From the NCBI GenBank assembly GCA_031424315.1, contig JANPHF010000083.1, positions 7,137 to 71,136 on the forward strand: a stretch of 64,000 nt of DNA, written 5' to 3'. Shown here piece by piece: positions 38,001 through 45,962 of the stretch. The position numbers and the translations under genes are program-made. Position 1 is the stretch's first letter, and the number at the start of each line of letters is the position of its first letter. The notes beneath the pieces were generated by a model that did no database searches, was not told the DNA's origin, and saw only the letters and a program-made list of their open reading frames with translations. Origin of the DNA: Aestuariivirga sp. GTDB taxonomy: Bacteria; Pseudomonadota; Alphaproteobacteria; Rhizobiales; Aestuariivirgaceae.

Positions 38001-39434
38001 ATCGCCGCCCTTGCCCGTGCCTGTCGCGAGATTGACGGTGACGCCTGCGTTAGATGCGGAATAGTCTGCTGTGTCGGTGCCATTGCCACCATCGAGATAG
38101 TCAGCGCCAGCGCCGCCGATCAGCGTGTCGTTGCCATCTTCGCCATAAAGCGTGTCATTGCCTGTGCCGCCGTCCAGCACATCGTTGCCGCCGCCGGTCC
38201 AGATCGTGTCGTTGCCTTCACCGCCATAAACAATGTCGACGGTGTTGGCATAGTAGTAGTTATCGAACACGTCATTGCCAGCACCAAGGTAGTAGGTCAT
38301 CGACGTGGTCGATGAACCATAGACCTGATCGTTGAAAGCAGTGCCTGTGAATATCTCGAAGTTGGCATAGGTGTCGCCTGTGGCATCACCCGTGATGCCG
38401 CCAGCCGCATGATTGGCATATTGAAAGCCGATGCCATATTGATCCGTGGCCGAAAAAGCCACAACAACACCTACCGTGGCATTGGCATAGCTCACCGTGT
38501 CGGTGCCAATACCGCCATCCATCTGGTCAGCGCCCGCGCCGCCGATGATCAAGTCATTGCCACCGCTGCCATTGATGACATTGTTACCAGCATCGCCCGA
38601 GAGCGTATCGTCAAAACCCGAACCAGTGAGATTTTCAATGCCAGAGAGCGTGTCACCTTCCGCGTCGCCGCCTTTGCCCGTGCCAGTGAGCAGGCTGACA
38701 TTCACCGCAGCCAACGAGGCAGAGTAATCCGCCGTGTCAACGCCGTCGCCGCCAATCAGCTTGTCGGCACCGAAACCACCAATCAGCGTGTCATTGCCTG
38801 TGCCGCCATCCAGCGTGTCGTTGCCAGCATCACCGTAGAGCACGTCATTGCCACCACCGCCGTAAATCGTATCGTTGCCATTGCCGCCATGAATCGTGTC
38901 ATTACCATCTGCTGCGGCGTTGGCGACGAGGCTCGCACCCGGTTCAAATGTGAGCTTCTTGTCAATGTTCTGCGTGTCGAAAAGCTTGCCGTCCATGTAG
39001 AGCTTTTCAGTACCCAGATTGATACTGGAGACAATCGCATCCGAATGGGGAGGAATGATAACGGTGATCGACTGACCGCCATTGTTGCCATTGCCTTGTG
39101 AGGCAGACTGCATGACGACCGTGATGGGCAGGTCTGAATTGTTGGCAATGTCCCAATATGAAAGGCTGCCCGCAGTGCCAAGCGAAGTGAGGAATGGATT
39201 TGAAGAGCCGCTGTTGGTGATGCGCGGCACAATCACATAGCCAGCGGCATTGGCCTGATTAGCGAAAGTGACGCTGCCATCGCCATAAATAACGTCATTG
39301 CCATCGCCACCACTGATGACATCATCGCCGCCTAGGCCATACAGCAGATCATCTTTAGCGCTGCCTGTGATCGTATCAGCACTGCTCGTGCCATAAACAA
39401 TTCCACCAGCAATAGGCGCATTCAAAACAGACAT
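35046..39434 (-). CDS. giant RTX (hemolysin-type calcium-binding repeat) secreted protein, probable T1SS substrate
   Basis: 1462 aa with dozens of GGxGxDxUx nonapeptides. ~73-aa super-repeats (TADYSxS..V.VNL..G.G.GG.A.GD.L..IENV.GS.F.D.LTGD). Acidic C-terminal signal ending DDFLFV. Confidence 0.9.
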   Translation of the reverse strand: MSVLNAPIAGGIVYGTSSADTITGSAKDDLLYGLGGDDVISGGDGNDVIYGDGSVTFANQANAAGYVIVPRITNSGSSNPFLTSLGTAGSLSYWDIANNSDLPITVVMQSASQGNGNNGGQSITVIIPPHSDAIVSSINLGTEKLYMDGKLFDTQNIDKKLTFEPGASLVANAAADGNDTIHGGNGNDTIYGGGGNDVLYGDAGNDTLDGGTGNDTLIGGFGADKLIGGDGVDTADYSASLAAVNVSLLTGTGKGGDAEGDTLSGIENLTGSGFDDTLSGDAGNNVINGSGGNDLIIGGAGADQMDGGIGTDTVSYANATVGVVVAFSATDQYGIGFQYANHAAGGITGDATGDTYANFEIFTGTAFNDQVYGSSTTSMTYYLGAGNDVFDNYYYANTVDIVYGGEGNDTIWTGGGNDVLDGGTGNDTLYGEDGNDTLIGGAGADYLDGGNGTDTADYSASNAGVTVNLATGTGKGGDAEGDKLVAIENVTGSAFNDVLTGDAGANVLSGGKGDDTLVGSGGGDTMDGGEGNDTADYSNSTAAVIVNLATGTGAGGYAQGDKLISIENVTGSAFDDTLTGDAGNNVIVGGAGNDVIDGGAGTDYIYGGDGSDIITGGEGNDFEFGGAGSDTFLVEWSYSGDHYDGGDGIDTFSADVPVLNQYAQYIDLATGTNNWQDQFVSIENLIGSAVADKFWGTDGVNVFYGRDGDDLLDGRGGDDKLYGENGNDTLIGGAGKDLLDGGAGDDLLIGGTGADTLIGGSGIDTADYSASSAGVKVNLATGAGAGGDAEGDTLSSIENVTGSDFNDALTGDANANVLHAGKGDDTLVGSGGGDTMDGGDGTDTADYSNSNAAVAVNLALGTGSGGFAQGDKLISIENITGSDFNDVLTGDANANVLHAGKGDDLLVGSGGGDTMDGGDGVDTADYSASNAAVNVNLALGMGLSGTAEGDKLISIENVTGSAFDDKLTGNAGNNVLNGGAGNDTLIGGAGADTLIGGDGNDTADYSASTVGVNVNLKLGTGLGGDAEGDKLTGVENVIGTAFADTLMGDAGANNLIGGLGNDHFYGSGGGDHFDGGVGKDWIDYRNANGNVNVNLATGQGHGDIAEGDTYVSIENIRGGKGDDTLIGDDNANVIYGGQGADHIEGGGGNDMIYTAGGYDYVDGGAGVDTLSYADSWDKVVVNLETGIGQYGSASRDTIINIENLVGSKFDDTLTGDAGANILNGGAGNDVLHGGGGADTLIGGAGADVLDGGDGIDTASYAASHTGVTLSLVTGGTTNADASQNGVDPKAAVSGDAALLNGDGSAYVDQSYIAVNGVTDATGDSYINIENVLGSAWNDKITGNDLANRLDGGAGNDVINGGGGNDTILGNTGDDTLTGGAGADQFQFSAGFGHDTITDFWAGTGKTDVVRLLGTDMHAYSDVLLHAVETAAGVLISVDAGADTIMLSGLHLNQLAADDFLFV

Positions 39435-39572
39435 TTAGGTAAAATCTCCCCGATCGTTGGGAGGTGCTTAATGGCCAAATGTCCTAAGAGTGCTTTCCGG
39501 GATTGGTTAAATTTTTCGGAGCACCACCTGTTGCAACCTTGGGGTAAACAAGGGTTGAATCGGATTGGTTAA

Positions 39573-40229
39573 TCAGGCGGCAGCTTGTGCTTCCAACGGC
39601 AAGGCTTTCACTTCAACGGTGTCCTCGCCATCCATTTGCATCGTGAGTTTAAGTGCTGAGGCTTCGGCCAAAATGCGGGCATAGTAAGGTTGCACCAAAC
39701 GCGCATCGAGAGTGGTGAGATCGGCCGTGCCAGCCAAGGCAGAAGCCAGGCCCTCATTGATCTTGGCGCGCTCGCCCTTGGCCTTCACGCTGAAGGTGCG
39801 GCCATCGACCGCCACCGTCACCACACCGCCGCGCGGGATTCCGGCCAGCGCCATAAGCAGCATGTTGAGCAGCAGCTTCACTTCCTGCTTGGGGCGATTT
39901 TCACGCGGTGCCGCCCAATCCAGTTTCACCTTCTCTTCACCCACGAATGCGCGTGCCACCTCACCCGCCTCGCCCATATCAATGAGCGCACCAGCCGAGC
40001 CCGAAGCGCCAAAGGCAATGCGGCAGAATTTCAATTTTGCAGTGGCGGTCTTGGCCGAGGAGCGCACCATGTCCAACGCCGTCTTCTTCATTTCGGCATC
40101 GGTGTCTTCATCGTCCATTAACTCAAGCCCATTGGCGATGGCGCCAACCGGAGAGATCACATCATGGCACACCCGCGAGCATAGCAATGCGGCAAGATCC
40201 AGATCAGAAAGGCGGGCGAGTGTGGTCAT
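39573..40229 (-). CDS. chpT: histidine phosphotransferase ChpT
   Basis: ATG 40229 gives MTTLARLSDLDLAALLCSRVCHDVISPVGAIANGLELM, the ChpT His-containing helix. 218 aa. Confidence 0.85.
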   Translation of the reverse strand: MTTLARLSDLDLAALLCSRVCHDVISPVGAIANGLELMDDEDTDAEMKKTALDMVRSSAKTATAKLKFCRIAFGASGSAGALIDMGEAGEVARAFVGEEKVKLDWAAPRENRPKQEVKLLLNMLLMALAGIPRGGVVTVAVDGRTFSVKAKGERAKINEGLASALAGTADLTTLDARLVQPYYARILAEASALKLTMQMDGEDTVEVKALPLEAQAAA

Positions 40230-40373
40230 GTTGCTTTGTTCCTGATTGCAACGCGCCGCCAAGCCCCATGCCCCGGGCGCGCTGCCAATGGTGATTCGTC
40301 CTTCTTCTATATCAAAACTTCTCGCATTTTGCCCCATTGACGAGGCCGCCCGAAACCGCGATGGCCTGCCGCC

Positions 40374-41165
40374 ATGACCCAGCCTTCGCCTGAACTTCTG
40401 AACTTTGCCAGCATCGCCCAAGAAGCGGGCCGCGCCATCGTGCGCATCTATGGCCAAGCCTTCACCGCCACCACCAAAGCGGATGCATCGCCCGTAACCG
40501 AGGCCGATGTGGCCGCCGAGACATTGATCCTGCAGGCACTGGCCAAGCATTTCCCGCAAGTCCCGGTTGTTGCCGAAGAGCAAGCCGCAGCGGGCCAAAT
40601 CCCCCACATCGGTGCGGGCTTCTTTTTGGTGGACCCGCTGGACGGCACCAAGGAATTCATCTCGCGCAATGGCGAATTCACAGTCAATATCGGCCGCATT
40701 GAAAATGGTGTGCCGGTTTGTGGTGTGGTCTATGCCCCGGCACTGGACGAAATGTTCCTGGGCCGGACGGGTGAAGGCGCATTCAAAGCCATCATGAAGC
40801 CAAATGGCGCATTTGATGCCAGCGCATTCACCCCAATCACCTGCCGAGTTCAACCCCCCGAGGGCGCCACCATCCTCGCCAGCCGTTCACACCGCGACGC
40901 TGAAACCGAAGGCTTCATTACCACTGTGAAACCTGCAAACCTGATCTCCGCGGGTTCATCACTGAAATTCTGCCGCCTGGCGGAAGGCAAGGCCGATCTC
41001 TACCCCCGCTTTGGCCGCACCATGGAATGGGATACGGCCGCTGGCCATGCTGTTCTGTTGGCCGCAGGCGGCAGCATGGCCAAGGCCGATGGTTCAGCCT
41101 TTACCTATGGCAAAGTGAGCGAGAAATTCGCCAACCCTTCCTTCATCGCACGGGGGCGCGGCTAG
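40374..41165 (+). CDS. cysQ: 3'(2'),5'-bisphosphate nucleotidase / inositol monophosphatase family
   Basis: Motifs EEQ, DPLDGTKEF and WDTAAGHAV. Confidence 0.8.
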   Translation: MTQPSPELLNFASIAQEAGRAIVRIYGQAFTATTKADASPVTEADVAAETLILQALAKHFPQVPVVAEEQAAAGQIPHIGAGFFLVDPLDGTKEFISRNGEFTVNIGRIENGVPVCGVVYAPALDEMFLGRTGEGAFKAIMKPNGAFDASAFTPITCRVQPPEGATILASRSHRDAETEGFITTVKPANLISAGSSLKFCRLAEGKADLYPRFGRTMEWDTAAGHAVLLAAGGSMAKADGSAFTYGKVSEKFANPSFIARGRG

Positions 41166-41266
41166 AGCGGCAGATGCTTGCATCCGCTCGCCCGCACGCT
41201 CTAGACATTTGATTGGTCGCATCTTTTCGCTCACAAGTGATTCCACTTGTTCGCTCGATGCTCTAG
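41162..41266 (+). repeat. ~105-bp structured repeat, copy A
   Basis: CTAGAGCGGCAGATGCTTGCATCCGCTCGCCCGCACGCTCTAG...ACAAGTGattcCACTTGT. Its first CTAG contains the cysQ stop codon. Confidence 0.85.
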
Positions 41267-41393
41267 GGCAGAAAATTTCCGCTTCATTAACCAAACTGAA
41301 ATCCCAGCCGTGGCAAATCGCAAGCTGGACGGATTTTTGCCCAGCTTCAGCCGCCTTTGAGGGTTAACAGCCGGGACATTGAGTGAGGGTTCC

Positions 41394-41996
41394 ATGTTAA
41401 AGACAGTTTCAAAAGTTGCATTTGCCGCGTTGCTGGCCCTGCCCTTGGCTTCGGCTTTGCCCGCCAGCGCCAAGCAACTCACCACCGGCAGCGTTTCGCG
41501 AGCCGAATCCAACAGCACCTATTCCGCCGAGGAAATTGTGGCCACGGGCCACCAGTTCTTTGGCAAGACCACCCGCGGCCTGGCTGAAGCCATTGAATAT
41601 GTCTTCCGCGAACAGGGTGAGCCTTCGGCCTATATCATTGGCGAAGAGGGCTCCGGCGCCATCATCGGCGGCCTGCGCTATGGCGAAGGCACGATTTATT
41701 ACAAGAACGGCGCCAAGAAACACATTTTCTGGCAAGGCCCTTCCATTGGCTGGGATTTCGGTGGCAACGGCTCGCGCACCATGACGCTGGTTTATGGCTC
41801 ACAATCGCCTGAAGACCTTTACACCCGCTTTGGTGGTGTTGAAGGCTCTGCCTATCTCATAGGCGGCATGGGTGTGAACTTCGAGCGCAAGGACCAGATT
41901 ACCTTGGCCCCGATCCGCACTGGCCTAGGTGCGCGCCTTGGTGCCAACGTCGGCTATCTGAAATATTCACCCCGCGCCACCTGGAACCCCTTCTAG
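41394..41996 (+). CDS. DUF1134 periplasmic protein (EipA-like)
   Basis: Signal peptide MLKTVSKVAFAALLALPLASALPASA. Conserved GEEGSGAIIGGLRYGEG...GPSIGWDFGG...GVEGSAYLIGGMGVN pattern. Confidence 0.75.
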   Translation: MLKTVSKVAFAALLALPLASALPASAKQLTTGSVSRAESNSTYSAEEIVATGHQFFGKTTRGLAEAIEYVFREQGEPSAYIIGEEGSGAIIGGLRYGEGTIYYKNGAKKHIFWQGPSIGWDFGGNGSRTMTLVYGSQSPEDLYTRFGGVEGSAYLIGGMGVNFERKDQITLAPIRTGLGARLGANVGYLKYSPRATWNPF

Positions 41997-42096
41997 AGCG
42001 GCGGATGCTCGCATCCGCTCGCCCGCGCGCTCTAGTTATTTGATTGGTCGCATCTTTTCGCTCACAAGTGATTGCACTTGTTCGCTCGATGCTCTG
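41993..42096 (+). repeat. ~105-bp structured repeat, copy B
   Basis: Near-identical to copy A. Its CTAG again supplies the stop codon (41994-41996) of the preceding gene. Confidence 0.85.
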
Positions 42097-42194
42097 AGTT
42101 TCAGGCGCGCTAGCGTTCCCGCCTGATTTGACCTAAAAGCCTCAACTCTTGTCGCCCTCACGGGCGGCGATTCATTTGAGAGTTGGGTGTTTCT

Positions 42195-43139
42195 ATGTCT
42201 CAAACAGAGACGCTGTTGGTTCTGGCGCTGGGTTCGGCGCTGACCTTGCTGATCTTTCTGTTGTTTGGCCGCGTGTTCTGGAACATGGCCATGGCTGCTG
42301 CCGCCCGACGCCGCGCCAAGCAGGTGCCGGTTGAGATGATGAACCTCCAGGCAGACCGCGATCGCTTGCGCGCCGAACATGCCTTAATGGCCCGCAAGCT
42401 GGAACTGAGGCTGGACGACATCAACATCCGCATGACCGAGCAGATGGCCGAGGTGTCGCGCCACCGCAACCGGGTGCAGGGCCTGATGCAGGAAATTGAA
42501 AGCCGCGACGATGCCTTGAAACACCGCCAGCGCGAAATCGACGCCCTCACCACCCAGCTTGAAATCAAGGATGCGGAATATGATGCCGCCCAGCGCACCA
42601 TTGAAGGCTTGAATGACGAGAAAGCCATTCACGGCCAAGAAATGGCAAAGTTGCAAGGTGCGTTGTACAAACTTGGCGCGGTGCTGCGCAACAAAGACAC
42701 CCTTGTGGGTCAGTTGAATGATGAATTGCGGTCCCTTCTGGCCTTGCCAACGAGCGAAGCGCCAGCGGACCTGGCCCCGACAGTCGAAGACCGGTTGCGC
42801 CGCCGCGTGGCCGAATTGACCTCAATTTCTGCAGACATTTCGCGTGGCAGTGCAGGCGATGACACTGCCCAGCCCGCGCCCGACGAAACCACTCCTGAAA
42901 TTGTGACGGAAGCCACGATGGCCCCTCGTGGTCGTGAGGAACACATTCAGGAAAAGCTGGCAGAAGCCGAGCGCCAGACAGAGGAAATGCAAAGGGAACT
43001 GCGCGCGCTGGATGAATTGCTGGCTCAAACCGGAAGCGCTGAATCCCCCGCAGAGCCAGCCAAAAAACAGGGTGCCATGGCTAATGTCGTATCGCTCGCC
43101 CAGCGCATCCGCGCGCTGCAAAAGGGCATGGATGACTGA
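42195..43139 (+). CDS. hypothetical N-terminally anchored coiled-coil protein
   Basis: One N-terminal TM (LLVLALGSALTLLIFLLFG), then a long heptad-rich helical region and an acidic tail. Confidence 0.5.
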   Translation: MSQTETLLVLALGSALTLLIFLLFGRVFWNMAMAAAARRRAKQVPVEMMNLQADRDRLRAEHALMARKLELRLDDINIRMTEQMAEVSRHRNRVQGLMQEIESRDDALKHRQREIDALTTQLEIKDAEYDAAQRTIEGLNDEKAIHGQEMAKLQGALYKLGAVLRNKDTLVGQLNDELRSLLALPTSEAPADLAPTVEDRLRRRVAELTSISADISRGSAGDDTAQPAPDETTPEIVTEATMAPRGREEHIQEKLAEAERQTEEMQRELRALDELLAQTGSAESPAEPAKKQGAMANVVSLAQRIRALQKGMDD

Positions 43140-43234
43140 TCTTCTAGCGGCTTCGCTTGATGACGCTACATCCTCGATGCCACGCTGGTGACCAAGGACA
43201 ATGCGATGGAATTCTATTTCCCGGATTCGCCGTT

Positions 43235-43855
43235 CTAATTCAATCGAGCAAGACTAGAGAAGGGCCGCCACGCGCGGCCCTTTTTCATGGTGAAGGCAAA
43301 CATGGCCAGGAACGGCAGACCCCAGGCCACCCAGGCATCGCAGGAATAGAAAGTCTTGAAATAGGCGTGGCTGCCAAACCCCGCCCAGAGTGCGAGATAA
43401 ACACGGAAGAACACCGCACCGGATGTGACCGCCGCCATCAGCAGCATCACGCGTTGATGGGCCGCAACATTTCCGCGCCTGATGTTCCAAAAGCCAAGCG
43501 CAAGCAGCACCAGCCATAACATGCCCTGCGTCGAAAATCCGGCCGCCGCCCACAGTGTGACGGGATAGGAAAGCGCAACAGGTATCGCCGTTGCTCCCGC
43601 CAGCAACACATCAACCGCAGTCACGCGCCCCGCCCATCTGTGCCAAGCTGTGCCGCGCAGCAACAGCGTAAATGGCACCAGCAGCAAAGCCAGCCCACCC
43701 GTGAACATGTGAATTGGGAATAGGATTGGGAGCACATCCAGCTTGATGGCGAGCGCCTCAGGAAAGCTCTCGGCGTCGAATGTTTCACGAAAAGCCTTCA
43801 GCGCCGTCGCCGTGACAAGCAGCGCCACTCCAGCTAGGATGACAGTAAGGGGCAT
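43235..43855 (-). CDS. DUF2306-like integral membrane protein
   Basis: Multi-TM ORF. The ORF maximum reaches 43936 but would overlap the divergent gene. Internal ATGs at 43897 or 43855 are more likely, so the start is uncertain. Confidence 0.5.
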   Translation of the reverse strand: MPLTVILAGVALLVTATALKAFRETFDAESFPEALAIKLDVLPILFPIHMFTGGLALLLVPFTLLLRGTAWHRWAGRVTAVDVLLAGATAIPVALSYPVTLWAAAGFSTQGMLWLVLLALGFWNIRRGNVAAHQRVMLLMAAVTSGAVFFRVYLALWAGFGSHAYFKTFYSCDAWVAWGLPFLAMFAFTMKKGRAWRPFSSLARLN

Positions 43856-43909
43856 TCGCCAATTCGCCACAATCGCTTGCGACTGTTGGCCAACCATCGG
43901 GAGGTTTTC

Positions 43910-44398
43910 ATGCGGCTTCGTCATCTGCGCCAACACACTATCCTGCTTTCAACACTTGGCCTAGCCGCGCTTGGTGGCGCCACTGTGGCACAGGCGGAAA
44001 CTTCGCACTTCTTTGGGCGCTGGGTGGTGAGCGATGATAAGCCCGCCTATTCCGCCAAGGGCAAACTCTACAAGACAATAGATATCGCCCCCTGCGGTGC
44101 CGATTTCTGCGGCGTGAGCGTGAGCGACAAGGGCGATTGCGGCGCAACCCTGTTCCGCTTCCTCACCATCCATGCCGCCAACGATGAACTCATTGGCCAC
44201 GGTTTGTGGGGGAGCATGAAGAAGAAGGTTCAGATTGAATTCCGCCCCACGGATTCACCCGACGGCCCCGGCTTCTATCTGGGCGTAGGTGAGGACGATA
44301 TGGATTTCTCCGGCCGGGAAGGCTCAATGCCCAAATTTGACGCCAACTACAAAAGCGCTGGCGAAGCCAAATGCGTAGCAGGCGGGCATACGTCCTGA
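43910..44398 (+). CDS. secreted hypothetical protein
   Basis: GGGAGG 5 nt upstream of the ATG. Signal peptide LLSTLGLAALGGATVAQA. Four Cys residues. Confidence 0.5.
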   Translation: MRLRHLRQHTILLSTLGLAALGGATVAQAETSHFFGRWVVSDDKPAYSAKGKLYKTIDIAPCGADFCGVSVSDKGDCGATLFRFLTIHAANDELIGHGLWGSMKKKVQIEFRPTDSPDGPGFYLGVGEDDMDFSGREGSMPKFDANYKSAGEAKCVAGGHTS

Positions 44399-44525
44399 AT
44401 TTTCGCTAGCATTTTGGCTTTCCCAAGCGAAGCAACCACGCTTTGCGGCGTGAGCAATCGCTGTCTTGACCATAGACGAAAAATGGATTTGGGCGCAGCA
44501 TCTCGCTTCCCGCAGAGATGGCGTC

Positions 44526-45695
44526 ATGAAATTCGGCCTGGACCTTCAGCCGCAACATAGGGTTTTTGCCGGCTTTGCCATCGAAGGCTTGGCTTTCGGC
44601 GGAATCTACACGCGGGTTGGTGACATCCAGTTGGCCATGGGCGTGGGTCAGGCTGCGATCGGCGCTGCGCTGATTGGTATCGCCGCTGGCTTAATGTTTT
44701 CTGTCACAGCGCTTTCTTCCCGCTTTGAAAAGTTTGGGTTCCGCAAAATTGTTCTGATCGCGATTCCGTTGATGTGTCTGTTTTCAGCAATTTCCAGCCT
44801 GGCGCCAAACCCGGTAGCCGTGTTCTTTTGGCTCTTCCTTCTTGGGACGGCAGGCGGCGCCTGCAACACTGTGATCAATGTTGAGGCAGACCGCACCGAG
44901 TTGCTTGTGGGCTGGCGCATCATGAACCGCTGTCACGCCATCTACAGCCTGGGCTTTCTCAGCACCGCGTTGATCGGAGCGGCGGCACGGCAGTTGCAGA
45001 TCACGCCATTCATCCATTTGCTGGCACTTGGCATTGCACTCTCGGTCGCCGTCATTCTTGCCTTTGGACAATTTCAACCCGCACCTGCGCGAGAAGAAAA
45101 TCAATCTGCCAAAGCGCCGCTGTTTGTCATCCCAACGGCCGGCGTACTGCTGGCCGGAATATTCAGCTTGGCAGGCATGATCTATGAAGGCGCTGCGGCC
45201 GATTGGAGCGCGATCTATATGCGCGACGTATTTGCGGTTGTGCCATTTATTGGTGGCCTCGCTTTAACCCTCAGCTCTGTCTCACAGGCTGCAACTCGCT
45301 TTTGTTCAGACCGACTTGTGGACCGCCTCGGCCCGATCAAGGTGGCGCAAATCATGTTGCTGGTCTTGGGCATAGGCGCACTGGCGATCACATTTTCATC
45401 GATGTGGTTTTTCGCCTTGATCGGCTTTGCTTTCACCGGTGCCGGCAATGCGGTGATCATGCCGTTAGCTATCTCAGCCATCGCCAAACGCGCAGACCGC
45501 CCCGCGGCGATCAACGTGGCGGCACTCACCCAGTTTTCTTGGGTTGCTTTCTTCGCCGGGCCTCCGTTGATCGGAATGCTGGCGCAACATATCCATGTGC
45601 GGATGACCTTCGGTGCGGCGCTGCCACTGATAGCTCTGAGTTTCTTGTTGGCGCCTGTTGTGCTTCGTGAGCAGCCGAAAAAACAAACAGCGTGA
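44526..45695 (+). CDS. MFS transporter
   Basis: ~390 aa with 12 predicted TM segments. Confidence 0.7.
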   Translation: MKFGLDLQPQHRVFAGFAIEGLAFGGIYTRVGDIQLAMGVGQAAIGAALIGIAAGLMFSVTALSSRFEKFGFRKIVLIAIPLMCLFSAISSLAPNPVAVFFWLFLLGTAGGACNTVINVEADRTELLVGWRIMNRCHAIYSLGFLSTALIGAAARQLQITPFIHLLALGIALSVAVILAFGQFQPAPAREENQSAKAPLFVIPTAGVLLAGIFSLAGMIYEGAAADWSAIYMRDVFAVVPFIGGLALTLSSVSQAATRFCSDRLVDRLGPIKVAQIMLLVLGIGALAITFSSMWFFALIGFAFTGAGNAVIMPLAISAIAKRADRPAAINVAALTQFSWVAFFAGPPLIGMLAQHIHVRMTFGAALPLIALSFLLAPVVLREQPKKQTA

Positions 45696-45700
45696 GAATT

Positions 45701-45775
45701 TGGCGCTCCCTACGGGAGTCGAACCCGTCTTTGCAACGTGAGAGGCTGCCGTCCTAACCGATAGACGAAGGGAGC
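45701..45775 (-). tRNA. tRNA-Glu (anticodon CUC)
   Basis: The reverse complement GCTCCCTTCGTCTATCGGTTAGGACGGCAGCCTCTCACGTTGCAAAGACGGGTTCGACTCCCGTAGGGAGCGCCA folds as a cloverleaf with anticodon loop CTCTCAC. Confidence 0.9.
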
Positions 45776-45818
45776 GTGCCTCTGGCTATAGGACGGCGCG
45801 CGCCCAGCGGCAAGCTTT

Positions 45819-45962
45819 TCAATGCAGATGTGCAACCCGCCAAGCAATGGTGGCCAGGGCCAAAACAAACAACGCGACGAGCACCGCCCCCATGATATAG
45901 ACCAGCGCCAACAATCGCCTTTGGCCTTTTGTATATTTAGGTTTTTCGTCGCCCAACACCAT
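45819..45962 (-). CDS. possible 47-aa single-TM small protein
   Basis: MVLGDEKPKYTKGQRRLLALVYIMGAVLVALFVLALATIAWRVAHLH has a positive-inside N-terminus and one TM. Its ATG shares a CATG with the rluD start. Unverified. Confidence 0.3.
   Translation of the reverse strand: MVLGDEKPKYTKGQRRLLALVYIMGAVLVALFVLALATIAWRVAHLH

Noticed and set aside
36430-38727. Series of plus-strand Pro/Ser-rich ORFs (36430, 36691, 36910, 37840, 38497) with similar sequences
   Set aside because: They are mirror frames of the RTX super-repeats on the minus strand. Their similarity reflects the DNA periodicity of the RTX gene, not separate genes.
35046-39434. Periodic repeats that might be mistaken for a CRISPR array or satellite
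   Set aside because: The repeats are in-frame coding units of one 1462-aa ORF, ~219-225 bp long, with no short palindromic repeat-spacer architecture.
40230-40853. 5' extension of the chpT ORF to 426 aa
   Set aside because: The extension runs antisense through cysQ and has no ChpT-like sequence. The ChpT homology begins at ATG 40229.
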